A DNA stretch of 64,000 nt from Candidatus Moraniibacteriota bacterium (GCA_963743885.1 CAVURJ010000001.1:566321-630320), one strand, 5' to 3'. Counted from the stretch's first letter, positions 8,607 through 18,568 are shown. A program made the numbers and translations. Notes: a model not told the origin generated them from the letters alone.

Positions 8607-11244
8607 ATGAACATCGGAAAATTCACTACCAAGAGTCAGGAAGCCATCCGCAATGCGCAGGAGATCGCGCTTTCGCGGAACAACCCGCAGATGGATACAG
8701 CACACCTGCTCTATGCACTGTTGCTCCAGCCTGATTCCATCGTGCCGGCCGTTTTCGGCGAGCTTGAGGCGGATATTGAGAAGTTGAAGGGCGGCATCCT
8801 CGCTGAGATAGACAAGTTTCCGCAGGCGGAAGCGGGTGTACTTGGGAGTCTGTATTTGTCACCGGGATTTGCACGGACATTGTCTGAAGCTGAAGACCAG
8901 ATGGGAAAGATCGGGGATGATTTCGTCTCGACCGAGCATCTTTTGCTCTCACTGCTTTCCGTCGGCGGTCCCATGAAGACGCTCCTCGAGAAGAACGGTG
9001 TGAAGTATGATGATGTGCTCCGCATACTCTCTGAGCTCCGTGGCGGACAGAAGGTGGAAAGCCAGGACCCTGAGCAGACGTACCAGGCGCTCGAGAAGTA
9101 CGCTATCAATCTGACCGAGCTCGCACGCGCTGAGAAGCTCGATCCAGTCATTGGTCGTGATGACGAGATCCGCCGTGTGATGCAGATCCTTTCGCGTCGC
9201 ACCAAGAACAATCCCGTCTTGATTGGCGAGGCTGGCACTGGCAAGACCGCCATCGCGGAAGGTCTGGCGCAGCGCATCGTCTCGGGTGACGTGCCGGAGA
9301 ACTTGAAGGGCAAGGAAGTCATATCGCTCGATCTCGGAGCGCTCCTTGCGGGTGCGAAATTTCGCGGCGAGTTCGAGGAGCGGCTCAAGGCTATCCTCAA
9401 AGAGATTGAGCGTTCGGCTGACCGTTTCATCCTTTTCATCGATGAGCTGCATACGCTTGTGGGTGCCGGCGCGACCGAGGGTGCACTCGATGCGTCGAAC
9501 ATGCTAAAGCCCGCGCTCTCGCGTGGCAGACTCCGCACGATCGGCGCAACGACGATCAAGGAGTACCAGCGTTATATCGAGAAGGACGCAGCGCTTGAGC
9601 GGCGTTTCCAGCCGGTCATCGTGAGTGAGCCGTCGGAAGAGGATGCAATCGCCATCCTGCGCGGCATCAAGGAGAAATACGCGCTCCATCACGGCGTGAA
9701 GATCACCGATGATGCGCTCATCGCAGCTGTGAAGCTTTCCAAGCGTTATATCGCTGACCGTTTCTTGCCGGACAAGGCGATCGACCTCATCGATGAGGCG
9801 GCGTCGCTCCGCCGTATGGAGATTGATTCGATGCCGACTGAACTTGATCAGGATGAGCGGAGCATCCGGCGCCTGGAGATCGAGAAGCCGCGCGCTTGAG
9901 AAGGAGGGCGGCGCCGAGAAGAAGGTACGGGAAATCAACCGGGAGCTCGCGGAGCTCCGGGAGCGTTCGCAGAAGCTGTCGCTCCGTTGGAAGACCGAAC
10001 GCGAACTCATCATGGCGATGCGTGGGCACAAGGCTGATATTGATAAACTAAGGAGCGAGGCTGAGATGGCCGAGCGCCAAGGTGAGCTCGACCGTGTGGC
10101 GGAGATCCGCTATGGTCGCATCCCAGAGATCGAGAAGAAGCTCCTTGCTGAAGAGAAACGCCTTGTGAAGCTTCAGAAGGACGGTTCGATTCTGCACGAG
10201 GAGATCAGCGAGGAGGATATCGCCGCGGTCGTCTCGCGTGCGACTGGTATCCCAATCGCCAAGATGCTCGAGAAGGAAGCGGAGAAGCTCGTCCATATGG
10301 AAGCGGCGCTCCAGACGAGGGTCATTGGTCAGGATGATGCCGTGAAAGCGGTCGCGAGTGCGATCCGACGCTCGAGAGCAGGGCTCGCCGAGGAGACGAA
10401 GCCGATCGGATCATTCATTTTCCTTGGATTGACCGGCGTCGGCAAGACCGAGCTCGCCAAGGCTTTGGCGCAGTTCCTCTTTGATGATGAGAAAGCGCTG
10501 GTGCGCGTGGATATGAGCGAATACATGGAGTCGCACTCGGTCGCCAAGATGATTGGGTCGCCCCCGGGCTATGTGGGGTATGAGGAGGGTGGTCAGCTGA
10601 CGGAGACTATCCGTCGGAGGCCGTACAGCGTCGTGCTCTTCGATGAGATCGAGAAGGCGCATCCGGATGTTTTCAACGCGCTGCTCCAAATCCTCGATGA
10701 TGGACGCCTGACCGATAGCAAAGGGCGTGTCGTCAATTTCAAGAATACCGTCATTATCATGACGTCGAATGTCGGGTCCGATATCCTGGTCCGGGCCAAG
10801 GGCCTCGGTTTCAAGGGTGACCGGAGCGGTGATGATGGGACGTTGTCCGAGGATGAGATCCGCGAGCGTATCCTCTCCAGCCTGCGCGAGCGCTTCAAGC
10901 CGGAATTCCTGAATCGTATCGATGAGACGATTATCTTCCATCCGCTCTCTGAAAAGGTCTTCGGCGGCATCGTTGATTTGCAGCTCGCGCGTGTTGTCGA
11001 GCGCCTTGCGAAGCAGGGGGTGCGGATCCGGTTTGCGGCACAAGTAAAGGCGTATCTCGCGAAGAAGGGGTATGATCCCGCCTATGGCGCCCGCCCGCTC
11101 AAGCGGCTGATCCAGAACGAGATCCTCGATCCGCTGTCGCTTGAAATTCTCGAGAAAAAGGTGCAGGGGGGCGATGTAGTGGAAACCTCCATAGGGAAGG
11201 ACAGGGTGGTTTTTAAAAAGATGGAAAAGAAAAGGAAAAAATAG
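8607..11244 (+). CDS. clpB: Chaperone ClpB (Hsp100 disaggregase), interrupted by an apparent +1 frameshift near 9887-9895
   Basis: An N-domain, NBD1 ([27 protein letters not shown]), an M-domain coiled coil, NBD2 ([31 protein letters not shown]) and the [10 protein letters not shown] motif are all present. The reading frame switches in the gccgcgcgc run: IEK-PRA* in one frame, then ALEKEGG... in the next. Confidence 0.85.
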
Positions 11245-11245
11245 A

Positions 11246-11365
11246 ATCATGAATCAGGAATCATGAATCAAGAAACAGCATCTAGAGAGGCTGTTTTCGG
11301 TATGGTATAGTATGAGAAAGGGATTTCTCGTCATAATTCTCGATTCTTAATTCCTGATTCTTCTT
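11246..11365. repeat. Low-complexity imperfect inverted repeat spacer built from gaatca / tgattc words
   Basis: gaatcatgaatcaggaatcatgaatcaag ... attctcgattcttaattcctgattcttcttc. It also contains a short hairpin AACAGC...GCTGTT followed by TTTT. Confidence 0.5.
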
Positions 11366-11369
11366 CAGA

Positions 11370-12128
11370 ATGATCTTCCATTTCGCCGTACTCTTCTGGA
11401 CCGCTGTCTTTTCGTCCTGGCTGGGATATCTGGCTTTTTCGCCAGCTGAGCCGTCATGGGGATGGTATGCACTCTCTATCCTTCCGCTCGTCGCCATATC
11501 GCTCGTCGCCGGGCATCGGGTGGCTGGCGCATTCTCTGGTGCATCGCTTTCTGTGCTGTTGTCTGTCACGGCACCGGTTTTGCTTTCATTTATCGACCGG
11601 CCGGCTGAACGGCAGGCGTTCGTTGCGCTGACCGCTCTCATGTACTACGTGTCGCTCATCGGAGCATATCGACTGCGGCATGCGCCGAATGACCGTACTG
11701 CGCAGTCGATGCTCAATGCGTCAGCGATGGCGGCGATGTTTTTTTTCTTCGCTGGATTGTACGGCTTTTATCTCAACTTCTCTTTCCCGCTCTGGGGGCT
11801 GATGGTACTGTATTTCCTTGGAGCCGCGTTTGTTAGTCGGGAGACGTTCGTCGATGTCGACCGGGGCGATGAGAGCCCGCGCGTGACGGTCTACAGCGTG
11901 CTCATTGGTCTCGTGATGGGCGAGATGGCCTGGGTTTCAAGTCTTTGGCCGTTCGGTTATCTGACGGTCGGCGCTATCAACCTTGTGTTGTTTTTCATCG
12001 CGTGGGATGTGGCTTCCGATGCGTTCCGCAAGGAACTTTCGCTCAAGAAGGCCGTGGCGCGTATCCTCTTCTTCATCGCGGTTATTGCGGCGCTCTTCCT
12101 TTCTTCGCCTTGGAGAATCCTGGTCTGA
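11370..12128 (+). CDS. Polytopic membrane protein, function unknown
   Basis: 252 aa with six or more hydrophobic helices. No motif recognised. Confidence 0.5.
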   Translation: MIFHFAVLFWTAVFSSWLGYLAFSPAEPSWGWYALSILPLVAISLVAGHRVAGAFSGASLSVLLSVTAPVLLSFIDRPAERQAFVALTALMYYVSLIGAYRLRHAPNDRTAQSMLNASAMAAMFFFFAGLYGFYLNFSFPLWGLMVLYFLGAAFVSRETFVDVDRGDESPRVTVYSVLIGLVMGEMAWVSSLWPFGYLTVGAINLVLFFIAWDVASDAFRKELSLKKAVARILFFIAVIAALFLSSPWRILV

Positions 12129-12206
12129 TACGGAGCGGAGAATATCCGAGGTTTGCCATGGCGTCGGAAACGTGGTAGGAATAGTGATGTATATTGAGAA
12201 AGAAAT

Positions 12207-13334
12207 ATGTTCAAAAAGGCTATTTTTTGGTTTTCCATGGCAGCGCTCGTCGTCATGCTTGGCGGCGTCGGCAGCATCCTTTCTGATACCATTGTGGTGC
12301 CGCGTTTGGCTGCGATCCCAGCGTTTTCGAATTTTGGTTTCGTCAAGAATTTCAATGAGCGCGTGACGATTATCAACAAGACGGAGCAGGTGGTAGTGAA
12401 GGAGGAAGATCCGCTCGAGAAGGTGGTGTCACAGGCAGCGGCTGCTGTCGTGGCGCTCGTAGTATCAGACAAAACAGCTGGACGTGCGGAGACATCGACT
12501 GGTGTGCTTCTGACGAATGATGGGATGTTCGCTGCTTATAGTGGCCAGCCAGCCGACTCGAAGAGATTTTCTTACCAGGCGATCCTGCTTGATGGTTCCG
12601 TCAAGGCAGCCCAGCCAGCCGGTTATGATGCTTTGACTGGTCTTGCTTTCTTCCGTCTTGATGGCAATCCAAATACGCAGGCGATTGCTTTTGCTAATTC
12701 TGATGATGCCCGTATTGGCAAGAAGGTCTCGGCGCTCGGTCACGCCGAAGTGAGTTATCAGATCCGTGCTGCGACCGGTGTCATTGGCGATATCGACAAA
12801 TCGTTCAGTCTTTCCGGTAAGACGGTCGCTTCGTCGGAGAAGTGGCAGGGCGTATTCCGTCCGGATATCGCCGGATTGGAACGGTTCGTTGGCGGGCCGC
12901 TCGTCGATGCGAATGGGGAGATGGAGGGGATGATCGGTATGCTCGTGTTCGATGGCGAGCCGAAGGCGTTCGCGGTGCCATCGAATGCCGTCAAGGATGC
13001 GCTTGGACGCGTGATCAGCGGGACAGCGTACAAGACGTTTGGGGCGTATTATCTTCCGGTGACCAAGGCACTTGCTGCCGGGAGCGGACTTTCTCGTGAT
13101 CAGGGCGCGCTCATCTATTCGCTGTCCGGCAAGACTGGCCTCGCGCTCATCGCGGATTCTCCAGCCAATCGTGCTGGCCTCCAGGTTGGCGATATCATCA
13201 TTACGGCTGCGGGCGCTCCGGTGACGCTTGATGATCCGCTGCCAGAACTCCTCTCACGTCTCGGGACTCCTGACAGGACGGATATTTCTGTCGTACGAGA
13301 TGGAGAAGAGAAAGTGCTTACAGTAGAGTGGTAA
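12207..13334 (+). CDS. HtrA-like trypsin-fold protein with a PDZ domain; predicted to be catalytically inactive
   Basis: It aligns to HtrA, but the His context is lost (VLLTNDGMFAAYSG), and the Ser motif GNSGGPL is replaced by ERFVGGPL. The PDZ-like C-terminus is retained (GLQVGDIIITAAGAPV). Confidence 0.65.
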   Translation: MFKKAIFWFSMAALVVMLGGVGSILSDTIVVPRLAAIPAFSNFGFVKNFNERVTIINKTEQVVVKEEDPLEKVVSQAAAAVVALVVSDKTAGRAETSTGVLLTNDGMFAAYSGQPADSKRFSYQAILLDGSVKAAQPAGYDALTGLAFFRLDGNPNTQAIAFANSDDARIGKKVSALGHAEVSYQIRAATGVIGDIDKSFSLSGKTVASSEKWQGVFRPDIAGLERFVGGPLVDANGEMEGMIGMLVFDGEPKAFAVPSNAVKDALGRVISGTAYKTFGAYYLPVTKALAAGSGLSRDQGALIYSLSGKTGLALIADSPANRAGLQVGDIIITAAGAPVTLDDPLPELLSRLGTPDRTDISVVRDGEEKVLTVEW

Positions 13335-13356
13335 GCCTATCCATATTGAATTTTCA

Positions 13357-13390
13357 GCCTCCCATCGCTTTTGACGGGAGGCCTTTTTTT
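13357..13390 (+). terminator. Rho-independent terminator
   Basis: Stem GCCTCCC...GGGAGGC followed by TTTTTTT. Confidence 0.7.
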
Positions 13391-13433
13391 GTTGTAGAAT
13401 GAGGGAAATCCTGTATTTTCTAGCTACAAGCAT

Positions 13434-14672
13434 ATGCGTCAGAGTCAGTTGTTCTCGAAGACAAAAAAAGAAGCGCCGAAGGACGAGGTATCGAAGAACG
13501 CCCAGCTGCTCATCCGGGCTGGATTTATCCATAAGGAGATGGCGGGCGCCTATTCATTCCTACCTTTGGGTTTGCGCGTGCTCAACAAAGTCATCGGCAT
13601 CATCCGCGATGAGATGAATATGATCGGCGGACAGGAGATCTTGCTTACAGCACTTCAGGAGAAGGAACTCTGGGAGAAGACGGACCGTTGGGACGACAAG
13701 AAGGTGGATGTGTGGTTCAAGACGATGCTTAAGAATGGGACCGAGCTCGGCCTCGGGTCGACGCATGAAGAACCGGTCACACGGCTTATGGCGAACCAGA
13801 TATCCTCGTATCGCGATCTGCCAGCGCTTGCGTATCAGTTTCAGACCAAATTCCGCAACGAGACGCGCGCTAAGAGCGGTATCATGCGCGTGCGCGAGTT
13901 CATCATGAAGGACCTCTATTCCTTCGCGAAGTCGGAAGAAGAGCATGAGCGGATCTATGGATCGGTCAGGACCGCCTATAAGCGCATTTTTGAGCGCGTG
14001 GGTCTCGGTGATCGGACCTATGCGACATTTGCGTCGGGAGGCATCTTTAGTCGCTACTCGGAAGAGTTCCAGACGGTGTCTGATGCCGGGGAAGATCTGA
14101 TCTATGTGGATGAGAAGAGTGGACGCGCCCTCAATAAGGAAGTGCTTCAGGATGATGTGCTTGAGGATCTCGGCATCAAGCGCGAAGATCTCGTCGAGAA
14201 GAAGTCGATTGAAGTCGGCAATATCTTCACGCTCGGGACGCGGTTCTCCGATCCGCTCGGGCTTAAGTTTCGGGATGAGACGGGTGCTGAGCATCCGGTG
14301 CTCATGGGTTGCTACGGCATCGGTCCGGGCCGTGTGATGGGGACGATCGCCGAGACGCTGTCCGACGAGAATGGTCTTATCTGGCCGGAGAGTGTGGCGC
14401 CATTCCGTATCCATTTGCTCTCGCTCGGCGCAGATGCTGAAGCGACGGCTGTTTATGAAGCATTCATCTCTTCTGGTATTGAGGTCCTCTATGACGATCG
14501 TGACACATCTGCTGGTGCGAAGTTCGCTGAGAGTGATCTCATCGGTATCCCGTATCGTGTCGTCATCGGTAAGCGCTCGGCGGAGTCGGGTATGGCCGAA
14601 GTGAAGAAGCGCGGAGCGGCTGAAGCCGAGAATGTCCAGCTTTCTGATCTGATCAGGTATTTCAAATCGTAA
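13434..14672 (+). CDS. proS: Prolyl-tRNA synthetase, short form lacking the INS editing domain
   Basis: N-terminus MRQSQLFSKTKKEAPKDEVSKNAQLLIRAGFI, class II motifs, and a C-terminal anticodon-binding domain. At 412 aa it is shorter than bacterial ProRS with an editing domain. Confidence 0.9.
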   Translation: MRQSQLFSKTKKEAPKDEVSKNAQLLIRAGFIHKEMAGAYSFLPLGLRVLNKVIGIIRDEMNMIGGQEILLTALQEKELWEKTDRWDDKKVDVWFKTMLKNGTELGLGSTHEEPVTRLMANQISSYRDLPALAYQFQTKFRNETRAKSGIMRVREFIMKDLYSFAKSEEEHERIYGSVRTAYKRIFERVGLGDRTYATFASGGIFSRYSEEFQTVSDAGEDLIYVDEKSGRALNKEVLQDDVLEDLGIKREDLVEKKSIEVGNIFTLGTRFSDPLGLKFRDETGAEHPVLMGCYGIGPGRVMGTIAETLSDENGLIWPESVAPFRIHLLSLGADAEATAVYEAFISSGIEVLYDDRDTSAGAKFAESDLIGIPYRVVIGKRSAESGMAEVKKRGAAEAENVQLSDLIRYFKS

Positions 14673-15712
14673 TGGGCGGGCGTTTGGCCGGAGAGTCCGG
14701 AAGCATGGTTGTGCGGAAGGTCCTTCTGGCTTCGCCGAGGGGGTTCTGTGCCGGCGTAGCGCGCGCGGTAAAGGCAGTTGAGGATACGCTAGCAATTTTT
14801 GACTCACCCGCCTGCCCGAATCATTCTCTTGAAAAACAAGAGGATGGGCGGGTCTACGTGAAGCATGAGATCGTGCATAACAAGCACGTCGTCGCTATGC
14901 TCGAAGCGAAAGGGGCGGTGACGATTGAGGATCTTTCCGAAGCGCCGGATGGCGCGACAGTTGTTTTTTCTGCGCATGGGTCGACGCCGGGACAGTATGA
15001 GGAAGCGAAACGGCGCGGCATGCGGCTGATCGATGCGACGTGCCCCTTGGTAACCAAAGTGCATCTCGAGATGGCACGTTTCATCAGGGAAGGATACGAG
15101 GTGGTCTACATCGGGCATAAGGGACATATCGAGGGTATTGGCGTCCTAGCTGAGGCACCGGAAGGTGCAGTGCCAATCGTCGAGACGGTTCAGGATGTCG
15201 ATCGGCTTGAGATCGGGAGTCCGGAAAAGCTGGTATATCTCACCCAGACGACGCTCTCGGTCGGTGATACCGCTGTAGTGATTGATGCGCTCCGGAAGAA
15301 GTATCCACAGATTGTCGCGCCGCCGCTCTCTGATATCTGTTTTGCGACGACCAACCGGCAGGCAGCCGTGAAGGAGCTCGCGGGGGTTTCTGATCTCGTG
15401 CTGATCCTCGGATCCAAGACCTCATCCAACTCGACGCGCCTCATGGAGACGGCGCGGACCGTGGGAGCACATGCATATCTTATTGATGACGTATCGGAGA
15501 TTGATTCGTCGTGGCTCGAGGGTATCGAGACCGTCGGTTTAAGCGCCGGAGCGAGCGCGCCGGAGCATGTCGTACAGGAAGTAGCGCGGTATTTTGCGAC
15601 ACAAGGAGCAGTAATCGAGGATTTCATAGTGAAGCCGGAGAATATGTCATTCGCTGAGCCGATTGAGCTGATGCGGATCAAAGCGAGTGAAGGGCTGGGA
15701 GGCAAGGCGTGA
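14672..15712 (+). CDS. ispH: 4-hydroxy-3-methylbut-2-enyl diphosphate reductase (IspH/LytB)
   Basis: KVLLASPRGFCAGVARAV signature, plus the conserved Cys and His context (HNKHVV, ATCPLVTKVH). The start overlaps the proS stop as TAATG; an alternative start is at 14705 (MVVRK). Confidence 0.88.
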   Translation: MGGRLAGESGSMVVRKVLLASPRGFCAGVARAVKAVEDTLAIFDSPACPNHSLEKQEDGRVYVKHEIVHNKHVVAMLEAKGAVTIEDLSEAPDGATVVFSAHGSTPGQYEEAKRRGMRLIDATCPLVTKVHLEMARFIREGYEVVYIGHKGHIEGIGVLAEAPEGAVPIVETVQDVDRLEIGSPEKLVYLTQTTLSVGDTAVVIDALRKKYPQIVAPPLSDICFATTNRQAAVKELAGVSDLVLILGSKTSSNSTRLMETARTVGAHAYLIDDVSEIDSSWLEGIETVGLSAGASAPEHVVQEVARYFATQGAVIEDFIVKPENMSFAEPIELMRIKASEGLGGKA

Positions 15713-15720
15713 GAATAGGA

Positions 15721-15850
15721 AGTAACAAGAAACAAGCAACAAGAGACAAAGAAGATACAAAATTTAAAGAAGAAATTTCAATTTTTGATATTGGTTATTG
15801 GAATTTGTTTGTAACTTGTTTCTTGCGTCTTGTTTCTTTCTGTATCGTAT
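15721..15850. repeat. Low-complexity imperfect inverted repeat spacer (caagaaacaag... / ...cttgtttcttg)
   Basis: The left arm is rich in A, C and G, and the right arm is its approximate reverse complement. Confidence 0.5.
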
Positions 15851-15868
15851 TATTGATTTTTTTCTGAT

Positions 15869-16987
15869 ATGAATATAGTCGTACAGGCTTCCGATCTTGA
15901 TCACGCCCGTATTGACGGGACGCGTGTCTATCTTAGGGAGCTTCTCAAGCGTTTCGGTGCCATCATGCCTGAAGCGGAGTTTGCGTTGTATCATAAGGGC
16001 GTGTTCAATCCGGCGCTCGCACCACCTCGGATGGCGAACTATCAGGAGCGGACTCTGCCATTTCCATATGCGTGGATGCAGACCCGGTTCGCGCTCGAGA
16101 TGTTTCTCCGGAAGCCGGAGAAGCTCTTCTTGCCGATCCAGGCGGCGCCAATTATCCTGCCACGTGGCATCGAGGTGACGGCGACGATTCATGATCTCGC
16201 GTTCCGGCGGTATCCGGAGACGTTTCCGAAATCGCATCTCCAGAAGCTCAATCTAATGCTCGCTACGGCGGTGCGGCAAGCGGACAAGCTGATTGCGGTC
16301 TCTGAGTCGACCAAACATGATCTGCTCGAGTTTTTCCCGCATCTTTCACCGGAAAAGATCCGCGTTATTCATCACGGTTTTGACGCCGCTTTCTTTGGCG
16401 CGAAAATTTCGTCGGAAGAATTGGACGAAAAGCTAATGAAGCTAGTGAAGCTGAAAGCTACAAGCTATTGCTTGTACGTTGGTGCTCTCCAGCCAAGGAA
16501 GAACCTTGTGCGTCTCATTGAGGCGTTCGATATCGCGAAACAGAGTACCCCGGAGATGAAGCTCGTGCTTGCGGGGGAGCCAGCCTGGCTGTCGGATGGT
16601 ATTCTTGCGGCGCGGGAGAAGAGTCCGCATAAGGACGATATCATTCTGACGGGGCGTGTGACGTTCGAAGATCTGCGAGCGCTCTATCAGGGTGCGCGAT
16701 TCTTTGCCTTCCCGTCGCTCTATGAGGGATTCGGACTGCCGATTCTCGAAGCATTCGCTTCTGGTACGCCGGTACTTACAGCGGCCAATTCGAGCCTGGT
16801 AGAGGTGGCTGGAAAAGCGGCGCTCTACTGCCATGCGGAGAGCGTGCCGGATATCGCTGAGAAGCTTGAACGGCTCTGGGATGACGAAGCGCTCCGAGAG
16901 CATCTTGTCATGAGCGGCGAGGATCAGCTTCGGAAATTCTCCTGGGATACGTGTGCCGAGGAGACGCTCCAATACATCTCTGAATAG
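15869..16987 (+). CDS. Glycosyltransferase family 4 (GT-B, glycosyl transferase group 1)
   Basis: C-terminal EGFGLPILEAFASGTPVLTA motif and GT4 domain order. Confidence 0.8.
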   Translation: MNIVVQASDLDHARIDGTRVYLRELLKRFGAIMPEAEFALYHKGVFNPALAPPRMANYQERTLPFPYAWMQTRFALEMFLRKPEKLFLPIQAAPIILPRGIEVTATIHDLAFRRYPETFPKSHLQKLNLMLATAVRQADKLIAVSESTKHDLLEFFPHLSPEKIRVIHHGFDAAFFGAKISSEELDEKLMKLVKLKATSYCLYVGALQPRKNLVRLIEAFDIAKQSTPEMKLVLAGEPAWLSDGILAAREKSPHKDDIILTGRVTFEDLRALYQGARFFAFPSLYEGFGLPILEAFASGTPVLTAANSSLVEVAGKAALYCHAESVPDIAEKLERLWDDEALREHLVMSGEDQLRKFSWDTCAEETLQYISE

Positions 16988-17100
16988 CGGACTTGCATGG
17001 ATGGCAATTCTGTGTCAGAATACGTTTTGCCACGGGGCATTTTTTGCGATTGAAAATCGCACCCTGAGCTTGTCGAAGGGTTTTTATTATCTCTACAATC

Positions 17101-18558
17101 ATGGCCAAAGACTCGGTTGTCCTGCGTTTTGATAACGTATCATTCGAATATAGCCACGGGAAGCCGATTCTTGAGGAGGTGAGTTTTAGCGTGCGTAGTG
17201 GAGCGAAGTTCACGCTCATGGGACAGAACGGCGCCGGCAAGAGCTCGCTTTTTAAACTGATCACTGGTGAGAATGTGCCACAGTCCGGCCGTGTTTCGGT
17301 GGATCCGGGTGCGACCGTCGCGATCGCCCGCCAGGTCATCCCGCGCGCGGATCTCGATCTTACGGTCGAAGAGTTTTTCGCGAAGCACTTCAGCGGCAAG
17401 GACTGGGAGCTTCCGGGTCGTATCAAGGACGTGCTCGATGTCGTCAACATGCCGATGCCGCCGCTTGATAAGAAGATCATGGCGTTCTCCGGCGGGCAGC
17501 AGGCGCGAATCCTTCTCGCCTCGGCACTTATGGATGATCCAGATGTCCTCCTCCTTGATGAGCCGACCAACAATCTCGACTACGCTGGCATCGCGCACCT
17601 GACGCAGTTTCTGATTGAATACCAGAAGACCGTCATCGTCATTTCGCATGATGCGGAGTTTTTGAATTCCTTTACCCAGGGCGTGCTGTATCTCGATGTC
17701 TTCACACACAAGATGGAGCAGTATACCGGCGACTATTACGACGTGGTGGATGAGATCAAACGTCGCATCGAGAAGGCGCAGAGCGAGAACGTGCGCCTCG
17801 AGCGGACCATCCAGGAAAAGAAGGATCAGGCCAACGTCTTCGCCAACAAGGGCGGTAAGCTCCGCGGTGTCGCTAAGCGCATGCGTACTCTCGCATCCGA
17901 TCTTGAGGAGAACAAAGTCGATGTGCGGCAGGAAGATAAGACACTGACGCCGTTTGAAATCGCGTGCGAGGATATCCTCGGCCGTATCGTGCATATCAAG
18001 ACCGTATCGCTCATCACGGAGATGGGCCCGACGGTCAAACAGGTCGACATGGACCTTAAACGCAATACACACCTGCTCGTCTCGGGTCCGAACGGTATCG
18101 GTAAGAGCACGTTCCTCGAGTCGCTGGCCGCCGCTGATCCGGAGCGCGTGACAATCGCACCGGGAGTGAAGGTCGGATACTATCGCCAGGATTTCTCGAC
18201 GCTCGATTTCGACAAGACGGTGGCCGAGACGCTCATCAATGTGACGGAAGATCGGAATATGGAGACGGTCTATCGGACCGCGGCGCGCTTCCTTTTGCCG
18301 GCTGAGCTCGTCCAGAACAAAGTGGAGAGTCTGTCAGAGGGGCAGAAGGGGCTGCTCATGTTTGCTTATCTTTTTCTCCAGAAGCCGGACGTACTCATTC
18401 TTGATGAGCCGACCAATCATATCAACTTCCGCCATATCCCGGTTATTGCCGAGGCGCTCGACAAGTACAAGGGGACGATGATCTTCGTCTCACACGTGCC
18501 GGACTTCGTGGCCGAGATCCGCATCGATGAGGTGCTCGATCTCGAATCACTTGCCTAA
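17101..18558 (+). CDS. ABC-F family ATPase (two ABC cassettes, no transmembrane domain)
   Basis: Two Walker A motifs (GQNGAGKSSL and GPNGIGKST) and two signature motifs (LSGGQQARI, LSEGQKG). A TACAAT box ends 1 nt before the ATG and there is no Shine-Dalgarno sequence, so the transcript is possibly leaderless. Confidence 0.8.
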   Translation: MAKDSVVLRFDNVSFEYSHGKPILEEVSFSVRSGAKFTLMGQNGAGKSSLFKLITGENVPQSGRVSVDPGATVAIARQVIPRADLDLTVEEFFAKHFSGKDWELPGRIKDVLDVVNMPMPPLDKKIMAFSGGQQARILLASALMDDPDVLLLDEPTNNLDYAGIAHLTQFLIEYQKTVIVISHDAEFLNSFTQGVLYLDVFTHKMEQYTGDYYDVVDEIKRRIEKAQSENVRLERTIQEKKDQANVFANKGGKLRGVAKRMRTLASDLEENKVDVRQEDKTLTPFEIACEDILGRIVHIKTVSLITEMGPTVKQVDMDLKRNTHLLVSGPNGIGKSTFLESLAAADPERVTIAPGVKVGYYRQDFSTLDFDKTVAETLINVTEDRNMETVYRTAARFLLPAELVQNKVESLSEGQKGLLMFAYLFLQKPDVLILDEPTNHINFRHIPVIAEALDKYKGTMIFVSHVPDFVAEIRIDEVLDLESLA

Positions 18559-18568
18559 TTCTGTCGTA

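Noticed and set aside
13396-13401. TAGAAT upstream of proS taken as evidence that the 'ggtagtagaat' repeat arms are simply -10 promoter boxes
   Set aside because: Copy A of the repeat has CACAAC at the equivalent position. Covariation is arm-to-arm rather than conservation of a -10 hexamer. A promoter role is not excluded for copies B and C.
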